Program-made: the position numbers and the translations under genes
Shown: piece after piece, positions 11,822-22,670 of the stretch
Numbering within the stretch: position 1 is the first letter of the stretch
How the letters are laid out: the number at the start of each line of letters is the position of its first letter
Assembly: GCF_009914755.1 (NCBI RefSeq)
Contig: NC_060947.1
Direction: 5' to 3' (one strand)
Source of the DNA: the human T2T-CHM13v2.0 reference genome, Homo sapiens
Length of the DNA stretch: 64,000 nt
Notes under the pieces: model-generated
Databases searched by the model: none
What the model was told of the DNA's origin: nothing
What the model saw: the letters and a program-made list of their open reading frames with translations, nothing else

Positions 11822-13537
11822 TGAAGCAGGGTAGGGAGGAGTGTATTGCTTGGGCATGTGCTGTGTCATTGGTGGTCTGGTTCCTAAGTTAGCTAGGGCT
11901 GCATCTGATTGATTCATTAATATGCTTTATAGCATATTACATATAATATTTATATATACAGAATGCATCTTAAAAGTCATTTACATGACAAAAAATCTTG
12001 ATCTGAACATACTCCTTATGTTGTGTGTGTATCACATATTTTACAAATGTATAACATCTTTCTGTTTACCTATATGAACATATCATGCAAAAATAAGCAA
12101 ACTTGAGCAATCTATGGCATCCAGATTGAATTGTAGTGAAAAAATGAATGCTAGGTGTTTCTAGATTATTCACTGGACTGTATTATCAAATGATGACACT
12201 ATGTTTTTTTCTTAAGCAGCAGGCTCATTTAACACATTTCTTGCCAGGTCAGTAGCACAGGGTGTAGTAAATTTGCCCTGCCAACCTGCTGCACACATGG
12301 AGTGACTTCTTTTATGTGACGCAATAAGTTCATTTTCATTGTTGTGTTTATATTTTGTTTACATTTTGGTCTCTAATAATATTTAGTAAATTTACCTCGA
12401 AAGAACCAGAGCTTCGTTTTTATATCCTTAGTCTGTTTTGCTAGAAATTACATTTGACAGAGACCCTAGAACTGTTTTGCATATATCTCCATGCAAAACA
12501 CATGCATCTAATTACCATAAAGAGCTAAACCCCAGTGACAAAAACGGTATCATTGTTTTCTCTCTTTAATTGACTGAATGTTTTTAGCATACTGTTTTTC
12601 TCTTATGTTCTTGTCAGTGAGGTTGATTGCATTTGGGAGTCACTTACTAGCATTTTGCTAGTAGCTATCATATAACTTATCCATTAAGTCGGATCAGTTG
12701 TATCATGTCCATCATTGTTTTTTTAAATTTCTTGTGTTTAAATCAGTGATCCATTTATAATTTTAAGAACGATCGTTACCTCATTTGAAAAGAAGAGCAT
12801 TTATCAACATAAAAGTTAAGGAAGAAATACCCAAAGCTTAAAAGAATCACTAAATTATACTGTATCATAATGTGGTGTGTTTGGCATTCAGATGATTCTG
12901 TACATTTTTCACAGTGTGACAAGTGCACATACTGAGAAGGTGTCACTGTGCTTTGCCTGGCATTTAGCTGACTGTGATGTACATGTGTGTATACCCAATG
13001 CACACACCAGGAGTAGCTATGTGCATCACTGGATAGGGGATTGGTGTCTTCTATTTTAGAATGTAACTTTTGAATCCATGTTATTTTTAAAATTAGTTTT
13101 AAAATTAATCTATTTAAAATTTCATTCTAATCAAATGCAGAACCTATGAATCACCTCTGTGGAATATAGTCTGCTCTAGAAATGTTAAATAGCCATGGGG
13201 TATTTGACATAATAGAACAGAGCTTTGTCTTCATGGAATGGGCATTCCATAAACATTCACTAGTATATCTTAAATATTTTTATTAAGTATTTATACTTTA
13301 AATATTTTATGAATATTTTACTAAATATATTTTCTTTTGGTGAATATTTCTTTAAATATTTTATTTTTATAAATATTTATATCTTATTTTATCTCATATC
13401 TAAAAATATCTTAAGTATTTTATATCTATAAATAGTCCTCAAGAACACATTAGTAGAAAATGCAAAGTTAGTAAGACCGTGTCCTGTTGTTTATTTTTGC
13501 CTGCAAAATACTAAGTTACTCTTTTTCTTGTTCACAG

Positions 13538-13604
13538 GCTAAAAGGTCAGATTCCTGAAATTAAACAGACTTTGGAAATTCTAAAATACATGCAGAAGAA
13601 AAAA
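13538..13604 (+). CDS. VBP1: VBP1 coding exon 3
   Basis: TTCACAG|G CTA AAA; (R)LKGQIPEIKQTLEILKYMQKKK; donor AAA|GTAAGT; 67 nt. Confidence 0.97.
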
Positions 13605-14687
13605 GTAAGTGCATTTTTGTTTGTAAATATGAGCAAGCTAGGATATGTCAGCAGAAACTCGTCTTCTTTGACTCTTTGGTCACTGATATTTGATCTGTGC
13701 TGTGGAATCCAGTCTGCCTTCTTAAGCACATACACTAATGTTATGATGTGCTTCTGTAGCAAATGTGGCTTTGTGGCCTTCCCCCAAAAGTCAAGTTTAA
13801 TTCTAGGGCCCACACTTGGATTACTTTGCTTATCTTTAGTGCTTGTGAAACTTAAATGCAATTTGAAATTGTTTTAGGTGTACAAAGAAAATGTCTTATT
13901 CTGTGCTAGCAGCATCTAGGGTTTTTTCTTTGTTGTTGTCTTTCTCCCTAAGAATAAGGAGTTAGTCCAAGATTTATAGAGCTGGAACGAATCTTAGAGA
14001 TCATCTGTTACAGGTTCTCATTTCATAGTTGAGGAAATGGTTATGGAGAGGTTATACTCGACCATTGTCTATGTAGTTAGTTACTGGCAGAACTAAATTT
14101 GAGAGTCTTCTAAGTCTTAATCCAGTATTCATTAAATAAAAGCAGGTTGTAAAGATTAAATCTCATAAGCATATTGTATTTAAAAGATTGTGTGTATGCT
14201 TATGATTTTGCTTGACTGGTAGAATAACTATTTCTAGTACATTTTAATATGTGGTGAACTTTGTAAGACTTCAGCAACTGATTGATTGGGCATGAAGCAC
14301 CAATGAAATAATAGAAGAATGGCTAATTCTTACAATAATGCCTTCTCTGTATGTCAGGCACTCGGGGGTGTGTGTGTGTCTGTGTATACTCAGTGCTTAC
14401 CACTGACTTCATAGGTGTAGGGACTGTTGTAATCCTCATTTTACAGATGAAGAACCTGAGATATAGAAGTTAAGTGAGATGCCAGATTTGTACAGCTAGT
14501 GAGTAGCTGAGCCAGAGTCCATACCCAGCCACCTGGGTCTAGCATTCATTTCTTTTACCACTACACTTAGCCTGCATGATGGTACTGTTTTAAATGTCCT
14601 AGGTTCAACTGTGCAATCTCTCCTTTATAACCTTGGTATCAAACTGGCCTGTTTATGGTACTGTCATTTTTTTTTTTTGTTTTGAAG

Positions 14688-14786
14688 GAGTCCACCAACT
14701 CAATGGAGACCAGATTCTTGCTGGCAGATAACCTGTATTGCAAAGCTTCAGTTCCTCCTACCGATAAAGTGTGTCTGTGGTTGGGG
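14688..14786 (+). CDS. VBP1: VBP1 coding exon 4
   Basis: TTTGAAG|GAG; ESTNSMETRFLLADNLYCKASVPPTDKVCLWLG; donor GGG|GTAAGT; 99 nt. Confidence 0.97.
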
Positions 14787-14822
14787 GTAAGTAAATGTTA
14801 TAGCCACAGCTGATATATTTGT

Positions 14823-14858
14823 AAACCAGTGTGTTTTCTGTAGCAAACACACTGGTTT
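14823..14858. repeat. Perfect 14-bp inverted repeat with 8-nt loop
   Basis: AAACCAGTGTGTTT-TCTGTAGC-AAACACACTGGTTT. Confidence 0.95.
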
Positions 14859-16306
14859 TGCTAGTATTTGCTAGTATTTTAGTAGTATTGCTCGAGATAT
14901 GTAAAGTGTTCATCTCCTTTTGATTGTGGAAGGGACAAAGGGACAGAGTCCAAGTGGTTCATATTAGAAATTGACTAGAATCAGAAGTGCGATGAAGATC
15001 GCAGTAAAAACATACTGAAGTCTCTCCCAATCAAGATAAAACTGATCAAACAAACCCTGCTTCTCTTCCAGTTAGTGCTTTATCTCTCTTAAATATAATG
15101 GAGGAAGAGCAATAGAAGTAAAATAGAAGGTACTGCTGAACTTTAGATAAACGCTTCTTCCCATAAGAGTTTAATAATTCTAGAAAGATCCCTCTCAATT
15201 TAAGGGGAAAAAGAGTATTGCAAAAAGTTTGAGGTTAGAGTTTATTTTTTAAAACCATGTATTTCAGTTTTAGATGATTTCATTGAGCTTATCTGTGATT
15301 TACCTATTTTGCTCTTCTCAGTCCTCTGACTATCCAGCTACCTGTCTGTGGATCTTGTTACCTCAGGCAAGTTCTCATACAAAGTAGCAAGCCAAGTGTA
15401 CTTCTACCAGCTGTCCTACGGGGAGGATTTCCCCTAGCTGCTGTCCTGTAGGATCACTCTGGAGAGGCACTCTAGATTAGCCCAAGGAGGTTTGCTCAAA
15501 GTTTGTACAACATTTATATTTCACTCTACAATCTGCATTTCAGTATTTATCTTTTATAATTTATCACTAAGGCTTTTTAAAAAATAACTTTGAAGCATAG
15601 CAACTACACCTGAGTGTCCAAGGATTCAATGATTTTCTGTATTCAGTTTTTTTGTAGAAATTGCATGACCTTTTGATTCACAAATTCAAGTGTTACTTTA
15701 TTTCAGGAAAGATAATTTCTGTTGTGTACTTGAATGTGACTTTTGCCCCATTTCTTTTATTATCTTTTGGGAATAATAAATATGCATATGTTCGATCTCC
15801 TTTATCTGTTTTCAGTACCTATCATGTTCTCTGTTTTCAGTTATTCGATGTGTTTCATTCTGTGTGATTTCCTCTGGCTGCTTCCCCATGACTTTGTGTT
15901 TTCCCTGGTAGTTATTCTGTTTTGTTGCTTTTACTCTGTCTTTCGTAACTGTTCTTCTGTTTCTCTTTCTCTTCATTTTCTTTGCTGAGCTCTTCTTGCT
16001 CTTTTCATGTTTTTCTTCTTTCATTCCTCTTGAATGTTTAAATCCTCATTTCACCACTCATAGACTGGCACTTCCCACAATCTTCTCCATCTCAGTAAAT
16101 GGCAGAATCTTTTGCCTGGTTGCTCAGAACAAAAATCTTTGAGTCTTCTTTGACTCTTCTTTATTTTATATCTCTCAACCAGTCCTTCAGCAAACCCCAC
16201 TGGTTCCTTCTTCTGAATAGATTGAGAAGCCAACTATCTCTCACTTCCTTACTGCTGTTACCATGGTCCAGGCCACCTTTGTCTCTTGCCAGGACTGTGG
16301 GAATAC

Positions 16307-16690
16307 TGTCTATTAGTTTTTAGGGATGCCATAATAAAATTACCACAAACTGGGTGGCTTTAACAACTGAAATGGACTGTCTCATGGTTCTGGAGGCCAG
16401 AAGTCCGTGATGAGCCCCAGAATCAGGGTCGATTCCTTCTGAGAGCTGTGAGGGAAAATCTGTTCTAGCCTCCTCTCTTAGCTTTGGTGTTCGCGGACAG
16501 TCTTTGGCATGTTGATGTGTAGAAGCATCACTGTGATCTCCGCCTTCATCTTCACATGTGTGCATGCATGTGTCCAAATTTCTCCTTTTGAAAGACCTTA
16601 TCTCCAAATAAAGTCACATTCTGAGCTACTGGGGGTTAGTAGTCCAACTTATTTTTTGTTGGGGAGACAGAATTCAATCCATAATACCTT
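16307..16690 (-). mobile_element. MaLR solo LTR (MLT1-like) within L2-like sequence
   Basis: TATTAGTTTTTAGGGATGCCATAA...ACCACAAACTGGGTGGCTT...TTCTGGAGGCCAGAAGTCC...AATTCAATCCATAA, typical of MLT1. Confidence 0.75.
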
Positions 16691-16989
16691 ACTTCCACGT
16701 AAGGTCACATTCGCTAGTATAAGGGGTTAAAACTTAAATGTATCTTTTTTGGGGACACTGTTTAACCCATAATAATACCCTAATTCACTGTCTTGCTTCT
16801 GCCCTTGCTGGAATTCCTAAAGTCTTTCCAGCACAGTGGTCAGATTAATCCTTTGAAATCTCAATCAGGTCATTCCATTATTCTGCCCAAAATCTTTGAA
16901 TGGTTTCTTATCACATTCCGAGGAAAAGTCCAAGTTCTTTGAGTGGCTGACAAGTTCCTATACATCCTGGTACTCTCTGTTACTTCTCT

Positions 16990-17280
16990 CTTTTTTTTTT
17001 TTTCTGAGACAGAGTCTCACTCTGTTGCCCAGGCTGGAGTACAGTGTTGTGATCTCAGCTCACTGCAACCTCTGTCTCCCGGGCTCAAGCGATTCTTGTG
17101 CCTCAGCTTCCTGAATAGCTGGGATCACAGGCACGTGCTACCATGCCCAGCTAAATTTTTTGGTAGAGACGGGGTTTTGCCATTTTGGCCAGGTTGATCT
17201 CGAACTCCTGGCCTCGGGTGATCTGCCCACCTTGGCCTCCCAAAGTGCTGGGATTACAGGTATGAGCCACCGTGTCCAGT
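16990..17280 (-). mobile_element. Alu
   Basis: Poly-T followed by antisense dimeric Alu. Confidence 0.92.
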
Positions 17281-17999
17281 CTCTCTGTTCTTCTCTTACT
17301 TCCTCGCTTGGCCACACTTGGACTTCTTGCCAGACTTAGAGCATGCTGGGAATGGCCCTGCCTCAGAACCTTTATTCTAGCTCTTTCTTCTGCTTAAGCT
17401 GCCAGAGTAGTGCTTTTAAAACATGTCAGATGATTCCGCTTTTCTGCTCAAGACCCCAGTGGTTTCCCTGTCACCAAGGGTGGAATACAGAGGTGTCCTT
17501 TCCACAGGACAGCCCTACTCCCTCTCAGCACTCATTTATGCTCATTCTTTTGCTCACTCTGCTGTAGCCATGGTGGCCCCCTAACTGTTCCTGGAACCTG
17601 CCAGTGTGGCCCCACATTTCTACTTCTGTGTTCTTCACACTCAATCCTTTGAGTTCTCAGTTCCGATTGTTAGCTCCCCCAGGGACCTGCTATGACTTGT
17701 CTGTCAGCATTTCTTGGTTTCACTTGTACTGTTTATCTTGTATTGTTTTCCTTCAAAGTACTTAGCACTCCCTGATATGTTATTGATTGGTGTATTTACC
17801 AGTTCCCTGACACATAATAAGTGCTCAGTAAAAATTTTTCTTGGGTGAATGACATTTTTGTTAGTTTTTCATCAGAGTTCATACATGCTAATGGTTCAAA
17901 GAGCAAATAGAAAGCAGCAGGCTACTGCTCCATCCCCAGATGCACCCACTTTTAATCATGTCTGTACATCTGTATGTACCTAAATATTTGGAATTTTGT

Positions 18000-20220
18000 T
18001 AATTGTTTTTACAAAAATGGGATATATATTGTATATTGTTCAGCACAGATGTCTTTATTTGTGAGTAGACACAGAGTTTGCCTCCTTGGTTTTATTGGCT
18101 TACTATTCTGTGGTAGGGCTATGTGATAATATTCCCAAGTCAAGGGGTGTTTGGATTGTTTTAAAATTTCTTGTACAGTGAGCGGTGCTGTAGTAAATAT
18201 TTTTGCACGTATAGACTTGTATACAAAGGCATATTTTTGTATGCTGCTTTGAAATGGAATTGTTGTGTCTAAGAGTATGCACATTTAACATGTTGATGGA
18301 TACTATCAAATTGCTCTCCAGAAAAGACTACCAATTTTCATTTTCTCCAACCGTATATAAAAATACCCTTTTATTAACAGTCTCACCCACATTTTTAGAT
18401 TTTTGCTAGTTTTATAGGTGAAAATAGTATCATCTTATAGGTTTTTGTATGACAAAATGCTCATTTGTATTTCCTCTTCTGTTTCCCTTCCTGATTATGT
18501 TGTTGCTCCATTTTTCTGTTGGATTCTTTTTCTTTTTTTTTTTGATAGACATTTAGGTCTTCTTTATATATTATGTATTTCGGATGCACAGTCTTCTCTT
18601 AATATTGCAGATACTTTTTCTCATCTGTCACTTGTCTTTTGTGGTAGCTCTTAGAAGTTTTAAATTTTAATGTAATCGACTTTATCAGATATTTATAATT
18701 TTATCTTAACAGTGTACTCCTTTCACCAAATCTGCAAACATTTTTTTCCTAATATTTATATACTTAAATTTTTTAGAAAACTTTTTTGTTAAGGATAACA
18801 TGGAAAGATAAGCAACTCCTCAGGATAATGGGTGAGTGACTTCCAAAAAGAGGGCCTCCCAATGGCCAGTAAACATATGAAAAGTTGTCCCACTTCATTA
18901 GTAAACAGGGAAATGCAAATTAAAAGCACAATGTGATCTCACTGTGTACCCACCGGAATGGTAGGGTGATACTAAGTGATGGTAGGACATGGAATAGTGA
19001 GAACACTGATTTACTGTTGGTGAAGGTGTAAATGGACACAGCCACTGGGGAAACTGGCAGTATCTGTTAAAGCAGAACATATGCATTGCCTATGCCATAG
19101 CAGTTCCATGCCTGTCTCTATCTCTTTCTGCCTCTTGCTGTATATAAGAAATGTATAAATATTAACTAAAAGAAAGGTATAAGAATGTTCATATCAACTC
19201 TGTAGTAACCAAAACCTGGAAACAACCCAAATGTTCATCATAGTCGAATGGATGAGTAAATCATGATGTGTTCAGACTGTGGAATACTATACAGTACAGA
19301 GGAGGAATGAACTGCTGCTACACGCCAGCACTGCAAGGGTGATTTTCACAAACAAGGTTGAGTGAAAGAAACTGCATAGCAAATTACCACAAACTCAGAG
19401 GCTTAAAACAATATCCATTATCTCCTAGCTGTATAGGTCAGAAATCCAGATGGGCTTGGCTGGGTCCTCTGTGCAGGGTCCCACAAAGCCAGAATTAAAT
19501 TGTCAACAGGGCTGTATTCCTTACTAGCATCTCTGGGGGAGAATTAGATTTCAGCCTTATTCACGTTATTGGCAAAATCCGGTTCTCTGTGGTTGAGGTC
19601 CCTGTTTCCTTGCTGCCTGTCGTCCAGGAGTCAGTCTCAGCTTCTAGAGGCCACCTGCAATCCTTGGCTCATGGTCCTTTCTGTTTTCAAAGCAGTGATA
19701 TGACTAGTCTTTCTTACACTTTAGATCTTTCAAACTTCTCATTCTGCTGCCAGCCAGAAAAAGTTCTCTGCTCTTAAGGGCTCATATAACTAGATTAGGC
19801 CTACCTAGGCAGTCTGTATATTAAGGTCAGCTCTGACAAATGATGTAAATATCTCATCAGAGTCACAGATTCCAGAGATTAGAATGAGACAGCTGTTATG
19901 GGAGCCATAATTCTTGCCTACTATAGAAGTCAGTCACAAAAGAGCACATATACTGTGTCATTCTGTTTATGTAAAGTTGTAATACAGGCAAAACTATGCT
20001 GTAAGTCAGGTTAATGGTTACCTTTGCGGTGGGGGTGCTGGTGGTAACTGAAAATGTTCACAAGGAAGCTTTGGGGTGTTGGTGATAACCTGTCCTTGAT
20101 CTGGATGCTGGTTCCATGAGTGTGTTAAGTTTGTGAAAATACATCAAGCTATATATTTATGATATGAATACTTTTCTATATGTATATAATATTAAATATA
20201 AACAAAAAAATCAGAAAACT
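18000..20220. mobile_element. Old L1M fragments in both orientations with an MLT1-like LTR (~19375-19925)
   Basis: L1 3'-end motifs (CTGGAAACAACCCAAATGT, GTGGAATACTAT, CTTGATCTGGATGCTGGTT) and AAATTACCACAAACT...GGCTTAAAACAA. Confidence 0.6.
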
Positions 20221-20413
20221 GCATAAAGCAAAGTGTAAGTGAACGAATCTGTTGTCAGGGTTCAACCGGAGAAATAGAACCAGTAGGATATAGCTAACCT
20301 GCATAAACTTGTGTGCAAAGGTTCAGGTTAATATGTGTGTACCTCATGGTTTCATACTGTTACCTCCAATTCAAATTCAGGACAACAGAGTTTTCACTTT
20401 AGTTGTTCCTCTG

Positions 20414-20722
20414 TTTTTTTTTTTTTTTTTTTTTTTTTTTTGAGACAGAGTCTTGTTCTGTCGCCCGGGCTGGAGCGCAGTGACGTGATCTTGGGTCACT
20501 GCAACTTCCGCCTCCTGGGTTCAAGTGATTCTCCTCCTTCAGCCTCCTGAGTAGCTGGGATTACAGGCACGTGCCACCACGCCCAGCTAATTTTTGTATT
20601 TTTAGTAGAGACGGGGTTTCGCCATGTTGGCTAGGCTGGCCTTGAACTCCTGACCTCAAGTGATCCACTCATCTCAGCCTGCCAAGTGCTGGGATTACAG
20701 GTGTGAGCCACCGCGCCTGGCC
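20414..20722 (-). mobile_element. Alu (AluS-like)
   Basis: Long poly-T then antisense dimeric Alu; CCTCTGTTT/CCCCTGTTT flanks. Confidence 0.93.
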
Positions 20723-21404
20723 CCCCTGTTTCTTCTATATCAAGAATCCTGGTTTTCAGAAATACCAAGGGTGATAGAATTAAGCTAGACAACATTACTA
20801 TTCACACGCAAAGCATTCTTAGAATAACACCACCCAACACTGTTACCACTGACATTTTTGCATATGTTCTTCCTGTCCTTACACATTCTTTATAAGGTTG
20901 TTCCCACATTGTTGGAGCACAGAGCCATTATATACTGTTTGCTCTCTCTCTTTCTCTCTCTCATCTTTCATTTATCCTAGTTCTTCGTGTAAATATTGAA
21001 TGCACATCATAGTCTTTATGTTGATGTCCCCCCAGTCATCATCCAGTCATTTTGATTGTATGTTACTCATTCGTCTGATAAGTAGATTGCCTTAAGATTT
21101 ATGGGAATGATATTCCCTGAGTTATCTCATGTTGCTGACAACTTGTCTGTGGCCTTTGTACTTGAAATTCAGTTTTGCTGGATATAATATCTTAAACTCA
21201 CATTTTATTTCCTTGAGCATCTTATACAGTGCCCCATTTTCTTTTGTTGTAAAGCATCACTGTCAAAAAGTGTGAGGGCAAACTGATTTCTTTCTTCTAT
21301 GAGTGATGTGTTCTTTTTGCCTGGATGCTCAAAGGACTTTTGGGTCAGTTTCCCCCAGGTATACAAAGTACCCTTTCATTTCATTTTGCGTGTCATTTCA
21401 CCCA

Positions 21405-21414
21405 GTGTGTGTGT

Positions 21415-21448
<34 letters not shown>
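21405..21448. repeat. (TG)n microsatellite, interrupted
   Basis: Direct reading. Confidence 0.95.
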
Positions 21449-21450
<2 letters not shown>

Positions 21451-22267
21451 TATGTGCATGTGTCACATTTCAGGAACATTTTGTTGAAATGAAGGATTTA
21501 GAAATTTTTTTGGTCCCCTGCTTTGGTTTTTTTTTCTTTGTGGATTCTTGTTATATTTATGTTCAGTCTTTGCTTATGTTGAATATTTTTGTCCTATCTG
21601 AATTTTAATACAGTTTTCTAATTATGGATTGGATTATTTGGTCAATAAGTATTTATTTGGCATTTACTTTGTGCCAAATACTTTCATGTTGTCTTGTTTA
21701 ATCCTTACAACAATCCTTTGAGTAATTTTAAAATTGCATTTGTGAGATGAGGAAAGTGGTTTAGGAAATGCCAGTGGTAAGTCAGGTGATAGGGAGAGTT
21801 CAAAGCTGTAAAAGGTGTGGCTTCCCAATTCCAGGGTACATGCATCCCTGAATGTTGGCAGTAACACTAGATCTTCAGAATGACAGACACATTACCTTGT
21901 CTTAATCCCTAACATCTGTCAGAAGTAGTAGGAAGGGACAGGTAAAAGCTAGCTGTCTTTTTTACCTGGTCAAATATAGATGATAATAAATGTCTTTGAA
22001 AAATTTTAAATTAATATCATATCTCAAGCTCAGAATTTATTTAAATTGATACAAACAACACTATTTAGTTTCACGATGGAGGTAGTAGAAAGATAGGATT
22101 TTGTATCTAAACATACTGGTTTCTTATCCTGATTCTCCCATTTACCCACTAGCTATGCCAGCTAAGGAAACCTGAGCCTTCATTTCTTTAACTGTGAAGA
22201 AGACAACTTTGGCCTCAGCAGGGTTGAGGATTAAATGATACAATGTATGTAAATATATTCTTTAACC

Positions 22268-22472
22268 AAGGGGTCAGCAAACTTTCTGTAAAAGGTCAAA
22301 TGGTAAATATTTTTGGTTTTGTAGATCACATGGTCTCTGTCTCAACCACTCAGTTTTGCCATTGTGGTATGAAAGCCTGAGTAGAGAATAGCTGGGCTCC
22401 AGTGAAACTTAACTTACAACAAAAGGCAGCAAGCTGGATTTGACCTGAGGGCTGTAGTTTGCCCACACTTTA
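22268..22472. mobile_element. MER58A-like hAT-Charlie MITE
   Basis: CAAGGGGTCAGCAAACTTTCTGTAAAAGG...GGGCTGTAGTTTGCCCAC. Confidence 0.75.
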
Positions 22473-22531
22473 CTCTAACCTATAAAGCTCTGTGTAAATA
22501 TTGAGTAATTGTCATGACTTTCTCTCTTCAG

Positions 22532-22670
22532 GCTAATGTAATGCTTGAATATGATATTGATGAAGCTCAGGCATTGTTGGAAAAGAATTTATCGACTGCC
22601 ACAAAGAATCTTGATTCCCTGGAGGAAGACCTTGACTTTCTTCGAGATCAATTTACTACCACAGAAGTCA
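22532..22670 (+). CDS. VBP1: VBP1 coding exon 5
   Basis: CTTCAG|GCT; ANVMLEYDIDEAQALLEKNLSTATKNLDSLEEDLDFLRDQFTTTEV(N); 139 nt; followed by GTATCCTTT. Confidence 0.97.

Noticed and set aside
13265-13430. Extremely AT-rich quasi-repetitive tract (similar tract at 56726-56830)
   Set aside because: Low-complexity sequence with no defined unit or evidence of function
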